A DNA stretch of 64,000 bases. It comes from Corallochytrium limacisporum Hawaii (lineage: Eukaryota > Protista > Pluriformea). Location of the stretch: NCBI GenBank assembly GCA_002811645.1, contig PDIP01000089.1, forward strand, positions 88,303 to 152,302, in the 5' to 3' direction. Under the pieces are notes generated by a model. The model saw nothing but the letters and a program-made list of their open reading frames with translations. It was not told where the DNA came from and made no database searches. This document shows positions 50,521-63,278 of the stretch, one piece after another; positions within the stretch are counted from its first letter, which is position 1, and each line of letters starts with the position of its first letter. The position numbers were made by a program, and so were the translations under genes.

Positions 50521-53500
50521 CACGCCTAGGAGTCGACAATTACAATTTGTTTGAATAGAGGAAAACACACAAATGCCCGGTAGTAGCCCATTTGGTGGGC
50601 GGACAGGTCTTTCTGAAAAATTCAAATCCTCTCCGTATATTAAATGACACTGTAGCATTTTTACCGTGTTCGCCATTTCGACCACCCTTGATGAAATGGG
50701 TCTCAATGAAGGCGAAAACTGCAGCTATGCGATGTAGGACAGCGGAAATGGACAAGCAAAGGGACGGGCGGGTTTCAACGAGGCAACAACATTAGGTTAC
50801 CATACCTCGCTGCAGGCGACATGCAAGGATGATGGTCCACCTTTTAAGTCTTGGTATCTGCAAGATGGCAGTGATCACTGCGCAAGGGCAATGGAGCATG
50901 CCTCGCGGGAGGTGAGGACCTGTATGATCTCAGAGTTGATGAGACGACCAATGCCCCTTTGTGCACGGATCATACACCCGATCTGTGACTTTAGAGCACT
51001 CCTACCTATGCATAAAGAGTTTCTACCTGTAGTCTACATCATATTGCTAGTAGAGTAAATTTAATACTGAAGGATGGCCATGGATGTTGCTAGTTCGATT
51101 TCATATGGATCTAAGCAGTTTACAGTGGACGTAATCAAGTGACAGGCACCGATCCATATTCTAAGCAACTCCTTATCTTTGTATGCGAACATCATCAACT
51201 GTCCCAGTATGTCCAAAGGGCCCCCTATTACCATGGTGTCGAAGATGCTTCTATGATGTTAGCTGGTGTGGCGTCAGGTATCTTAACTTGGGCACGAGCG
51301 ACGAGCACTCAGAGCCAGCCGCCATGCAAGATGGCCTACAGGACCATATCTATTTGACCAGGTGCAACCAAAAGAGCATTCGTAATGTCGGTCACTAGAC
51401 ATGGACTGCAATCCATCTCCTAGGCAAGGCTTGAATTCGATCAATTGTTTCGATTACATTCCAAACTTTCACACTGCTTATGGTCCCAGTAGGCCCTGGT
51501 ATGCGGTCTTTCTCAGAAGACTTGTATCAGCAAAGGGACTGCATTACATGGTGTTACTTCGCACACATCCAAACATGTAGCTCATCCGGGTCGTGCGCGC
51601 CTGGGAACTGACTACAGGTTCTTTCAAAGAGTCTGAACTCGCTTAGGTGTCATCAAAAATGTCTCCATAATCCCATATCTGGGTAACCGGGTTCTGTTTT
51701 CAAGGCCAGCGAGTATGGATTGGCTCCAAATGGTTAGCGGATGAATTACCAGGCTCTCAACCATCGGAACGTTCATCTCATTCCCTGCTATGCTTTCGAC
51801 TTCTTCGATATGGATGCAAGGCTCAAACTTGAAATTGCAAATACGTTGTTCATGCCCATGCATTCCGCATGTTGAGAAAGCGCCCCAAACACTGCACCGA
51901 TGGGCGAACGCCTACGTCGCGCTTCCCATCGCCGCCCACTTCTCACCAGTCCCGCAGCTTGACTCATTTGTCCAGCACGCCCTCCTCCGCCCCAGTTACC
52001 GCGGTGCGACCAGCCCTACATGCTGCACAGGGAAAAGTCAGGTGAGAACACAAAGTACGAAGCACACAGATCGATCTTTGTACTACTTGGTGCTTGATTT
52101 CCTCTTCTTCTGCTTCCATACGTATTTCTGAACCCAATTGGAACTCACAGAGTGTTTGCAGCATGCATATCAATTGCCGGATTCCCGTAAAGAGCCCATA
52201 TCTTTGATTGCAAAAAAATTCTTGTGGGATAGCAGCTGGGGTGGTGAGCAGCAGTCGCCTGCTGCTGGCCGACAGAGTCCGCACTCGGTGCGGAAACACT
52301 AGGGAAAAATCATTTCTTTTCTGTCCCATTTCATCCGCAGCCCCCTCGCGCCGAGTTTTCGCTATTGAGTGCACCACAAATCTCAAACTGTGGCTTATGT
52401 TCTTCCGTTCGATTTTCTTTTCTTGTAGCTTTTTTGACTCTCGCTGCCTTTTGAGCCCATGGGTCCGAAGTCCGGTAGTTTCACTATTCGAGCAGCTTCA
52501 GGTGGGCGGGAGCGGATGAAGTCATGCTGAATTCGAATTCGCTCTGCAAGTCTCTCAACAACCGACGCTACTACACTAGCAAGCGTTCCCAGTGCAGGAA
52601 AGAAGAAGAAAAAATTCTTTTTTTCTATGGCGGTTTCAAAGCTCCGGAGATGAGCCACCGCAGCCATCTTTATTGGGACTCAGGGTATGGTGGCATAAAC
52701 CCGCGATCTCATAGCATACTCAATGTGCCACCTGATGTACTTAAACCCCTAGACGTAGCTATACATGAAGAGATGTAAATGTACTATATAATCATGGTAC
52801 TACCGCGCCATCTAGAACAGGATGGTTGGAGTGAAGTGGTACATTAGCTTCGAGGGAAAACACGAGTGAAAAGGATGCAGACTGTGTGACGATGAAAACC
52901 CTGCAGGACCCCTCATCTGACCCGGGAAGCCCCGGTCGCTGACCCATGGGAAAGGAAGAAAAGAGTATTTGCCGGTGAATTTTCCAGGAACGCAAAGCAC
53001 TGGAACATTAAAATGCACGCCACACGTAATAAAACCAAATCTCGAGCCATAACCTCTACTCAGCAGGGTACACAGCCACCGCCCGCATGCGGGCACTTCT
53101 TTGGCGCGCAACATTCGAAAAACTGCCTGGTCCCTACGCACACTGGCAACCGATCGGCGGGCTTTGATCAATACATTTGCCCTAATGAATCTTGCCAGCA
53201 AATTCATGAACGGATGGCAAAAAAAAAAAAAAACAAGAGCAAAATGGACAGAGCAAGCCATAGAACTCGAATGGGACGGAATGGGTCACTGAGCACTGAA
53301 GCCGTGGACGTGTCCATGTACACGCTGTCGAAAAAGACCCTAACTCCAATGTCTGCGACAGGTGGCTGGTGTCCAACTGTTTCAGTACTGAAAACATTTT
53401 AAGTGACGCTGCTGAAAATTAAATGATCGCTAGCGAGTCCGCACACTCATTGTCGTAAAAAAAACAAAATTCTGTGTCAGAGAACCACGGCACTGATATG

Positions 53501-54804
53501 GATTTTTGCCATGGTTTCGGCCCCAAGATCGGCTACCCTGGCCCAGAGTTGTGACCCATCCGCTATCGTTTAGCAATTACATAATCTTGGGCCCTCAGAC
53601 TTCTCGCAGCCTTAGTGGTGATTTGTTCTTGGTCCCCCAGCATCCTACCAGCATGTTCACGTCTAAAGCTATGAGCTTAGATGGACGGATATCCAATGTA
53701 TGCACCATGTACGCGTGGTGACCATCCCTGCACTCGCAAAAGCGAGAGAATGATGGAATTGGGTTCTTGAGACAATTGACCCACAACGGACCTCTCCCTT
53801 GCCAGCTAGCCGCGTATCCCATGCGATGCAATCAACATGTCTCTGGCTTTTACTGTGTGGATAACACTGTTCTCGCCACAGTTGACTACTCGCGATTCCA
53901 CACCGGATCCCCCATATTAACGGTACCGTGTTTGCCACCACCGAACCTGCAACTTCGAGCCCATGCTCCTTCCCCCTGGGCCACCGCACACGGGGATAAA
54001 TTTCCATACTGAGAGTACCTGCTTTCCTCATTTGGCATTCACTAGATGAACGGGTTCAACCTGTGTTTGAGCGCCCTGCTCCGCAACGGTTTGATTGGAG
54101 GTTTGGGAAGTGTGAAGGTACCTGAATGTAGCGAGGCTGAAGGCATGGTTGAAGTGGCAAATGGCGTTCCAGGTTTCACAGTCGGCGCTCGATGATACTG
54201 ATGGTTTGGGGATTCGGACAAAGGTGAGTGAAAACTGTTTTGCGAGAGGCTGGTCTTGCTACGCTGAGCACAAGGAGTCCAGACATGGAATGAAAAGAAC
54301 CTTCATATGTTATGGAAAAAGGTAGCTACCATGAACTGGAATATTGGGTGACCCTTCAATTAACACGATGATATTGGATCACCACAGTTGTTCCATCTCA
54401 ACATTACTGGAAGTTCACTATTTTCACATCCTGCTGTTGTGAACAAGCTCTGAGCGGACGTGATGCGCCCACTTACATGGACACTACTGTCTTCTCGCCG
54501 TGGAAGGGAGCGTTCCACACTCGTTACTTTTTTCTTGTTTGTAGGGAGGCTCACCACAATACTGGAGGTGACGGACCGAGTTCAAGTGGACAGACACTCT
54601 TGGCAGTGGGAAATGTGAGTATATGAGCATTATGAATTAAGCCTTTGCGTCATTTCTCAATGCTCTTTCCTTGGCACCAGAGTCCTGGGATTTCGAACAC
54701 GGAAGAATTCAGCGAAACTAAACAAACCAGAAGCCGCGTCAAAACCCTCTTTCAAATTTCATTGCGGACTTCCTTAGGACGCTCGAGCTGTGTGATTATT
54801 ATCT

Positions 54805-55587
54805 ATGATGGATGCCGAATCGCAGCGAGTATGCTATATATCCCGTAGGCGACGTCAGTGGGGACGGCTGCTTTGGCTGTTGGCCCTTTCTTGTGGTGCC
54901 ATAGGTTCATTTGCAAATGCAAATACGGCTGACCTAAATGAAGAAGGACTCTCTCCAGCAACGACTTTGTTCACATTTGGCTATGCCATCGTGCGGGGGC
55001 TGTGAATCCCAAATGAATGAGTTACCATTTAGCAATCTGGTATAAAGAACCTTCATTAAGTTCGTCGTTGATCCTGAGCATCAGCCGTAGAATCACTAGT
55101 TCCTATATGATATCTACACTTATTCAGTCACCTGGGATGAGCAAAGCAAATTGGTATCCTCGGCGCTGAATAGCAGATTATTGCCTGGATTGCAACAATA
55201 AATCCAGGCTTAGTTCCAAACAAACTCGCTTCCAAGTTCTGATACCGCAACTATGACGTCTCCAAGTTATAGACTTGCATTCATCACCCGCCACACCAAC
55301 CAGAAGGTAAGGACGATACCGACTTCGCCATGAGCTTCCCCTATAACATATGGCTATGGAAAGTGAATGACCCGATACTCCAGTTCGAATATACAAGCAA
55401 TGTATGCTGCTACCGTAAGCCGGAATCGAGAGATTTTGGCACCAGCTCGGAGCCGAGATGTAGGATGTTCGCCTAGCAATATACGAACCATGCTGAGGTC
55501 CAGCAAATATCAGTGCGTCTGTAGCCTCATCACAAGAAAACTGCAAACCACACGAAGAACACTGTTCAGTTGACTCTTTCTTCCTAG
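54805..55587 (+). pseudogene. Possible decayed gene for a secreted or type II membrane protein
   Basis: Signal/anchor-like start (RRRRQWGRLLWLLALSCGAIG), then protein-like stretches in shifted frames interrupted by stops. No family recognised. Confidence 0.25.
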
Positions 55588-58500
55588 TACCCTGTGTGGG
55601 GCACAACATTTGGGATTCGCCGTATTCGGGAGTCCACAGATGAGAGAATCCGTTCGGGGACGGGTGCCTAATTTACACAGTTATGTTTCCCTCCGCACAT
55701 GGTTTTAGTTCTTTCTCAACACGACTATCCGGGATACCGATACACGCCAGAGCAGTACAAGTGATGCCCATGTGCCCGTAAGCCTCCCCGTTTACCACCA
55801 AATGGACGCCAGAGCGTGTCTTTTGCCCGGCACCGTAGATGATCGCCATGTTTGGCTCACCGTCCGGTCATCTCAAGCCGGCAAGCAAAGCATTCCGACA
55901 ATGCAAAAGCCATGATCCTGGATCTATTGTATCATCTGTACCGAGCACGAATGCCCGCTTAAGTCTCTACTCATTGTGCTAGCTCCAACACACGTCTCTG
56001 TACCCCTAAGATGTCTTCATACTATACAGTATTCATCGTGCTCTTTACGTCAACTTTATGAATTTTCTGTGGAAAATTGGGTCTTCGTTTATTACTATTA
56101 CTGTCTCCGTCAACGATGGAGATCGACACACCCTTAACTTGCTACCTCGTGTCTGCGGGTCGCGCAATAGCGAATGTATGCCAATTCACGGATCTCACTC
56201 TGCGTTCTCGAACGAAAGAAGAGAGAGAATTTTTTTCTTCCGTTTTTTACGTTACCACTGCCGGCTTCTGGAACGTCTCGGACGGCTCCTCACCCGAACG
56301 CGAAAGCTTTGACGTTCGCCCGGTAGTTGGGTACCTTATTCCCCTGCTCTAGCGCGTTCGGAAACGGCTCGGCTGTCATCAGTCTCCGCCAGAGCCAGCC
56401 CACATGGAAGAACGACGCTCTTCATCCACCCAGCACTTGCCCTGACTACTTTTTTTTCTTTTGTGTGGGTTGAGCATTGGAAGAGAAATTATCAAGCGCA
56501 GTCACAACGGAGAAAATTACACGTTCTTTGCGATCGAGGGCCGGTAACTAACGATTGGCACGTTGTTGGCCCAGGTGGCGCGCGAAGTTAACAACCGTCG
56601 GCTCGTTAGTACTGAAGCACCCAGCACGACAACCGTTCATCCGTGAGGTGGGATAGTGATTCAGACTCTTTGGGCGGGGAAGAAATTTACTTCCTAATGT
56701 TTTGTCGGCAAACATTAAAAAAACAGAGTGTATACATCCGCTGCCGCTCTGTTTGCCCGTCCGTACTCTTTCGCCCGCCCATACGACCCCATCGCCTTCG
56801 CTCCTGTTCGCGAACTTGTTCTCGACTCGCCTCAGTTCGTTGTGCGTCTCTTCTCACTCTCTTGGCACACACTCTCCCTCAGTGATTCCAGGGTCATAAG
56901 GTGCGCACAACTTACTTGCACTATGCCATCGCCCTACTGAGCGACAGTACCTACAATCCCCCCCTCCCAAGGTTCGAACGCCAGGTTGCTCGAGAAATTG
57001 GACTGAATTAGTTTTGTCATAGTGCAACAGACACAATTTTTTCGAATAAGTCAACCAAAAAAATCTCTTTTGGTAGTGTTGTGGACGACAAACCGTACCC
57101 TTAAACCCTGGTGGTGCTATTTTGCCAGATCTTTTTTCTCCCAAAGTTCAAAAGTTTTGCCCTCACCACCCACCCACACACACACACAGAAACTCACAGC
57201 CGGCGGGATCTGGGGCTAGCAGAGTAGGGGGAGGGGGGGGGAGCTCTCCGATTTTTGGGATCCAGTGATCCCCTCCACTACAGAAATTAGCCGCGGGCAC
57301 CTACGAAGAAATTCACTATAACAAACGATGGAATTGACCCGCAGTTCATCGGTAGGGGGGGGGTTTTNNNNNNNNNNNNNNNNNNNNNNNNNNNNNNNNN
57401 NNNNNNNNNNNNNNNNNNNNNNNNNNNNNNNNNNNNNNNNNNNNNNNNNNNNNNNNNNNNNNNNNNNNNNNNNNNNNNNNNNNNNNNNNNNNNNNNNNNN
57501 NNNNNNNNNNNNNNNNNNNNNNNNNNNNNNNNNNNNNNNNNNNNNNNNNNNNNNNNNNNNNNNNNNNNNNNGGGGGGGCGGGAAGGTCAGCTAACACTTG
57601 GCATAGTGTTTTGGCACGTCCTGGTTCCTGACCAAGCGACACTGAGAGACTGTAGAATGGAAAACTAACAGGATATTCCAAAAAGTTCGATTGATTCTTC
57701 GCAGCGAACGGTTCAAATTGTTGTACCTTACCCACCGGATTTGTTCAACCCACACACCGGTGTTTGGCACAGAATTTTCTGGCAAGGAAGCGAGAGGGCG
57801 GGTGAGTTAGGAAGTGAGTGAGTTAGTGAGTGAGTGAGAGTGTGTGTGGGGGCTGCCGTTGCCGGGGAACAAGAGAAAAAATTACACGGAAGGGGCCCTC
57901 GAGCAAAGGGCTCATCAGGCCGCCCTATGTAGAGCCCTCAAGATTTTCAATAGTGAATGTTCTGTGTTTAATTGCGAGGGCGGCGGTGGGGGGCTGGTCT
58001 TGGTTTCCTTCCACGGGTTCCCCTGACCGCACATACAGAGACCCAGCGGCACAGCACCACCAAATCTCTCGTTGATCCCTCCCTCTTCGGGATTCGGAGT
58101 TCATATGCGATCGAAAAATGTCGTACATGATGTACTGCAGCGGCTCTGCTTACACCGTGCTCCTCATGGTACTGTAAGAAAAAGGAAAGTGTCGAAATCC
58201 GGGGGCTGACAGTTGCGTAGTGAGTGAAAGCACAGGGACATGAACAGACGAGGAGAGAAAAAGAGGGGGCGGCGACGATGATCACCACTCCCAGTGTTTT
58301 GCTTCTCTCGCCGTTTTTTTTTGTTTTCAACACAAAGTTATTTCAGTATTGTGGTGCGCAAGCCCCTTGTCATGATGCGGATCCAATGGTATCAAATTTT
58401 ACTCCTGTTTCATTTGGCTGTCATTCGGGATGCTGCCTGCAAAGCAACATGGTCACTATTGACTTGGTGCCATAAAGCGCTGCTCGTCCAACTTGTGCTA

Positions 58501-61500
58501 TTAAGTGGTTTGGTTCGTGAGTTCGGCGGCGAGAACGCTGACCAGATTACCAAGTGGTCTGAGGTTCTCTCTGGATGCCACACATAGACATTTTTCACGT
58601 TCGGATTGTCGGGATGTTGTGGAATACAAAGACAAGCACATTTATCTACTTCCTGCTTGGTTTTGAGCAGGTGATTGTCAAGACAATGGAGATCTATCAG
58701 ACGTGGCTTGCACCGAGTTGTTCTTTCTGTTCTTCTATATGGCGTTCTCGATCCGGTGTGATTACTAAAAGGCAATGCGAATGAAGTCAGAACGAAGAAC
58801 CCATCAAGCAATTTAGCAGAGAAGCACACAGAACAAAATCGAATTAAGGGATATGGAGCCACTATGCAAGCTAGTCCCGATAATATAGGTACGCATTGAA
58901 TAGACTCCGTGACTGAATGATGATCGTTAGCCATTCTTCTCTACCCGCCTATGGAAACACGACGGCCATGAACAAGCCATTCGCAGCTGGGCAACAGGTA
59001 AATCTGGTCAAAGTCATAAAGAATTTCTTCAGTGACAGGCCAATCACACCGAAAAATGGAACCGAGTGTGTCCATAGTGGTTGCTGTTGACGTTCGGTGT
59101 GTGTCGTCGTACGCCAGCCACACAGCCTGTACAGACGAAACAGACAGCGCTCGTCTCCGCACCGCTCCCATTCTTCAAGCGGATGTCATGTTTAATTAAA
59201 ACTGAGGCCGACATCCCTATGATAAAAGTACTGGGTCTAGGAAGGTGTATTTCTGGGTGTGGCAGTGTTAGTGTCTCTAGATAGAGTCAGTCACTGTGAT
59301 GAAATGCATCGGAAAATTCCATACGAGTCCCTCACTGCCTATACTCTAACAATGACTCTACTCAAAAAAATGGATGGGACGGCCGAGCCGACTAGTATGG
59401 AATACCTTCGGGGGAAGTCGGGGTGGCCAAGGTCTGTAGGGAAAAGGAGGGGTCTCAATTTATTCTTGGGTCAGAGTTAATCAATACATTTTGTACCCGT
59501 GTTAGACAGACGCGGCCACCAAGATGTCGACGTACACAGGAGGGTGAGCCAGTTCTCCACACCCCGACCCACTCCTGTTGTCGATCCCCTCCCCTCGTTT
59601 GCCGGTGTTCAAACCTTTGCGGTTTGTGTCAGTCGATTAAGCATAGTACTGATTATAGAGGACCTTCCTCAGATCCAGCGTGAAATACGCCCCTCAATTT
59701 GCAGCTTCCGATACACACCCAAAAATGAAAATGAAACTATTGACAATTGGCTATCATAAACGACCACGGCCATTTAGTACCTAACAAAATAGTGCACACT
59801 CAGCACCGAAACCCACCCGGTTCCTCCTCTACCTGCTGACCCCACTCCGCTTCCGCCGGCGTGAAAAGCATCCGGTGCCCCCCCCCCTCTCCTCCTCCTC
59901 CTACTCCTTGCCTTTTTATTCATTGCTGTGAACCACCAGCTGGCTCCCATTTGTTATTATCTAGCGCCCGCTGATTTTCCTCCCTCTTTTGGACAGATAA
60001 TTTGCCTTTTCTTTTTTTCTCCTCGCGATTCATTTTCAGGCGACGAAAGAATTGATCGGTGGAATCGGAACTTCGTTTCTCACATCGCCCCGTTCGTTCG
60101 CTCACTGCAGAGTCGCTCGAGACCAATCATTCAGTCACACTCACATTTTGCGAACTTTGTTCAAGCGTGTGTTCCCGCGCATGCTGCTCGCGATTTGAAA
60201 ATATCAGACGCAGCCCAAATTTGTCTTTTAACCAGAGAGAAAAACGGCGAGGTTCCAACACCGTTTTACACCCAATTCGTTGAGTAGGGAGAAATTGAGA
60301 AATTGAAGGCGCGCCGTGGGTTAGGGAGGTATTTTCCTCTTTCATTCAAGCAGGCGCGCGGCTGTTATTTCGGGTGACAATCATCCAAAATTGCACAGGT
60401 ACCTGGAGCTGATGGCCAAATACGGAGAACAGTTTATATAGAGAATATACAGTGCTTTTTTCTAATGATTCGTCCCCTGCTCAAGACCCCAGTGCTGCTG
60501 AAAACCACGCCAGAATCAAGTGATGTGTGCTCGATCGGTATGGGAGTGCGTGGGTGCTCCAGTATCGCTCATGAGAAACCCTTGCCAATCAAGTGATCAC
60601 AGGTGTGAGGATGGTAGCCATGAAAAAATAGAGTTGTCTATGGTTTGTTGCGCTCTGTTCCTTACGAAGAGATGGAGAACTCTGTGAGCGTAAGGGAGTC
60701 GCAATTAGCGCTTGGATAAATTCACAGGTCTAATTAACCACCCTTTTATACCTGATTTGCGATGATGAGAACGACTTCACGATTACCGATGCTGGTCTGT
60801 GTATGCCTGCTTGCAATGCCTGAAGGAGGACTGGCAAAAGTCGGTTCCATTAAGCATGCTGATCTCGACATGGTGTCTCCTTGAGCTTTCATTTGCATCT
60901 GTTGGAGTGGCGCCCGGCCTGTTGGTTGTAAGGGTCGCGCACTTGCTCGCTGAGGGCGGTCAATTCTTGTCAATGGGGCAACGATGAATTGACCCGTACG
61001 CGATGCTCATAGCGAGGGTAATATGGAGGATATACTTATCACTATTACTCTGCCCTTTGTGATAGCCTCGCTCACTGCACAAGAAATTATACATAACAAC
61101 GTACACACACAAAAGCGCACACGCGCACGGTCAATTGAGATTCATTAAACGTCCGCCCTTATGCTTATGCTCTGCGCTGTCGTGTACACCAATCCGTTGA
61201 ACACTCCTGGTCCGTTCTGCACATTTTTCATACACACGCCGAAATACTTAATGAACGACCCTCACCTTCGAAATTAGAGGGGGAAAGGGTGTGTTGGATG
61301 TTGGCTCTCGACGAAGAAAATTAGGGAGGGGTGGGAGCAGAGGTGTGGGAGCTGCACGGGCGAACATATTCCATAATAAATAAAGGAAGAAGTAGAAGCT
61401 CTAAATTACAGTTTACGCGAAAGGAGTTGGCCGGTGGGGTCATGGACGGGGGATATTGCGGGGCAGAGTAATAGTGNNNNNNNNNNNNNNNNNNNNNNNN

Positions 61501-62270
61501 NNNNNNNNNNNNNNNNNNNNNNNNNNNNNNNNNNNNNNNNNNNNNNNNNNNNNNNNNNNNNNNNNNNNNNNNNNNNNNNNNNNNNNNNNNNNNNNNNNNN
61601 NNNNNNNNNNNNNNNNNNNNNNNNNNNNNNNNNNNNNNNNNNNNNNNNNNNNNNNNNNNNNNNNNNNNNNNNNNNNNNNNNNNNNNNNNNNNNNNNNNNN
61701 NNNNNNNNNNNNNNNNNNNNNNNNNNNNNNNNNNNNNNNNNNNNNNNNNNNNNNNNNNNNNNNNNNNNNNNGGGGGGGGGAAAGGCGGAGAGTGGGCGGG
61801 GGAAGAAGCTGAAGGAAAGAGGGGGGGGAAAGGGGGGGAGAGGGCTGAGGAGTAGGAAGGCCTTGGTTGGCACTCTATGAAGCGGTGCTTGTTTTGATGA
61901 TGGAAATAGTAGTAGTTTAACAACAGTGGAAGACGAAGCCCGCGATGACGGGCTAAAGGGGGGAAACACAGTCACAGCTTCCGTTCATGGACACCACCAA
62001 GTGTCGCGGACCGATCCTGGAGGAAAGCATTCTACTCGCGCTCGAATCTGTGGTTACTTCGAGATCACTTACTACTACAAAATGGCAGTCACCTTGGAAT
62101 CATACGTGGTATGCCCGGTATTCTTAACTTGAAATAGCGAGAAACTACCCGCATAAATCACCTTGTCAGGTAAAACCGACACGACTACTCGGGAACCAGA
62201 ACACAAGAGCGACATGCAGTCATAACGTAAGACAAAAGAACTGATCAGGAAAACACATACACAACCGAAA

Positions 62271-63278
62271 ATGACTCGGTCACTATCAAAAACTCCGGGA
62301 GCAGTGGGAGCACGGAAACGTCCCCTCAGCGATGACGCTGACTTCCATTACATGGATGTGGCATCAAAGCTTCAGAAGCTCGAACATGGAGCTGTAGCAC
62401 GGACAGTAGAACAGACCAATAGCGAGACCACACAGAAGAGCGGTGAGGCTAAGGCCAAGGCACCCTACGACCCTAGCCAGGCCATTGAGCAACTAGACAA
62501 GACATACCACACAGCATTTGGTGACTGGATCCGCGACCCCGCCAACTGCGAGCAGGCAGCGGCTCACTTAGCCCAGTATGCCAACGAATACGATATTGAA
62601 TCCTGTGTGCGTGGTCTGGTCTATGTCTGCACGAACTGGCCAGTACAGAAGATTGGACACATGGTGGCCGCAATCACGGAAACGAAGAAGAAGAGTTGGA
62701 CCGCAAAGCGGATTACAGAACTTGTGATGTCTCTATCTACGGCACTGTGGGGTAAGAAGCCGGAAAAGGAGCAGATGATTGGCCTCCTGTCCTTTGTGGG
62801 TCGGACCTTCACCGTTGTAGAAATGGTCTACATGCTGCGCCGGGTATGTCAGGACTGGCAGATCAAGGACGTGGCTCAGGCCATCCGCACCATTCGCAGC
62901 TTCCAATGGTGGTCCAGCAAGGCCTTCAGTGTCTTTATTCTCCACTTCACTGCAAAACTCGAGTCTACGCAGGCGTACACTTTCTTGCAGTGCATGGAAG
63001 AAGTCTACCACGAAGTGACTCCTAATGGCAACCTGATGGCTGACTTTAGCCATTTCTTGCGCCTGCGCATGCGCCAGAAGGCCGCTGCTTCCCAGGGTCG
63101 CCCTGCAACCCCACGTACTTGCGAGGAGCATGTACAGAAGGATCAGCGCCTAAACAACGCCCCCGAGGCAAAGAAGGGAGCCATTGCATCCGACTCGCAC
63201 AGCTTGGACTGCTGCGATGTTGCCGCCACCAAGCGCAGCTGCAACACCATGGACTTCGAGGAGGAGCAGGACATCTGA
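62271..63278 (+). CDS. Hypothetical 335-aa protein with short Trp-initiated helical repeats
   Basis: ATG-initiated ORF (aaaATG) with coding-like composition, RKRP putative NLS, and about eight 16-20-aa amphipathic repeats. Confidence 0.82.
   Translation: MTRSLSKTPGAVGARKRPLSDDADFHYMDVASKLQKLEHGAVARTVEQTNSETTQKSGEAKAKAPYDPSQAIEQLDKTYHTAFGDWIRDPANCEQAAAHLAQYANEYDIESCVRGLVYVCTNWPVQKIGHMVAAITETKKKSWTAKRITELVMSLSTALWGKKPEKEQMIGLLSFVGRTFTVVEMVYMLRRVCQDWQIKDVAQAIRTIRSFQWWSSKAFSVFILHFTAKLESTQAYTFLQCMEEVYHEVTPNGNLMADFSHFLRLRMRQKAAASQGRPATPRTCEEHVQKDQRLNNAPEAKKGAIASDSHSLDCCDVAATKRSCNTMDFEEEQDI

Noticed and set aside
54990-55590. TAA/TAG reassignment to Gln to explain the interrupted frames
   Set aside because: Conserved genes in the window terminate at TAA/TAG (e.g. 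RPS19, CMC4 and both sHSPs), and frameshifts are also needed.
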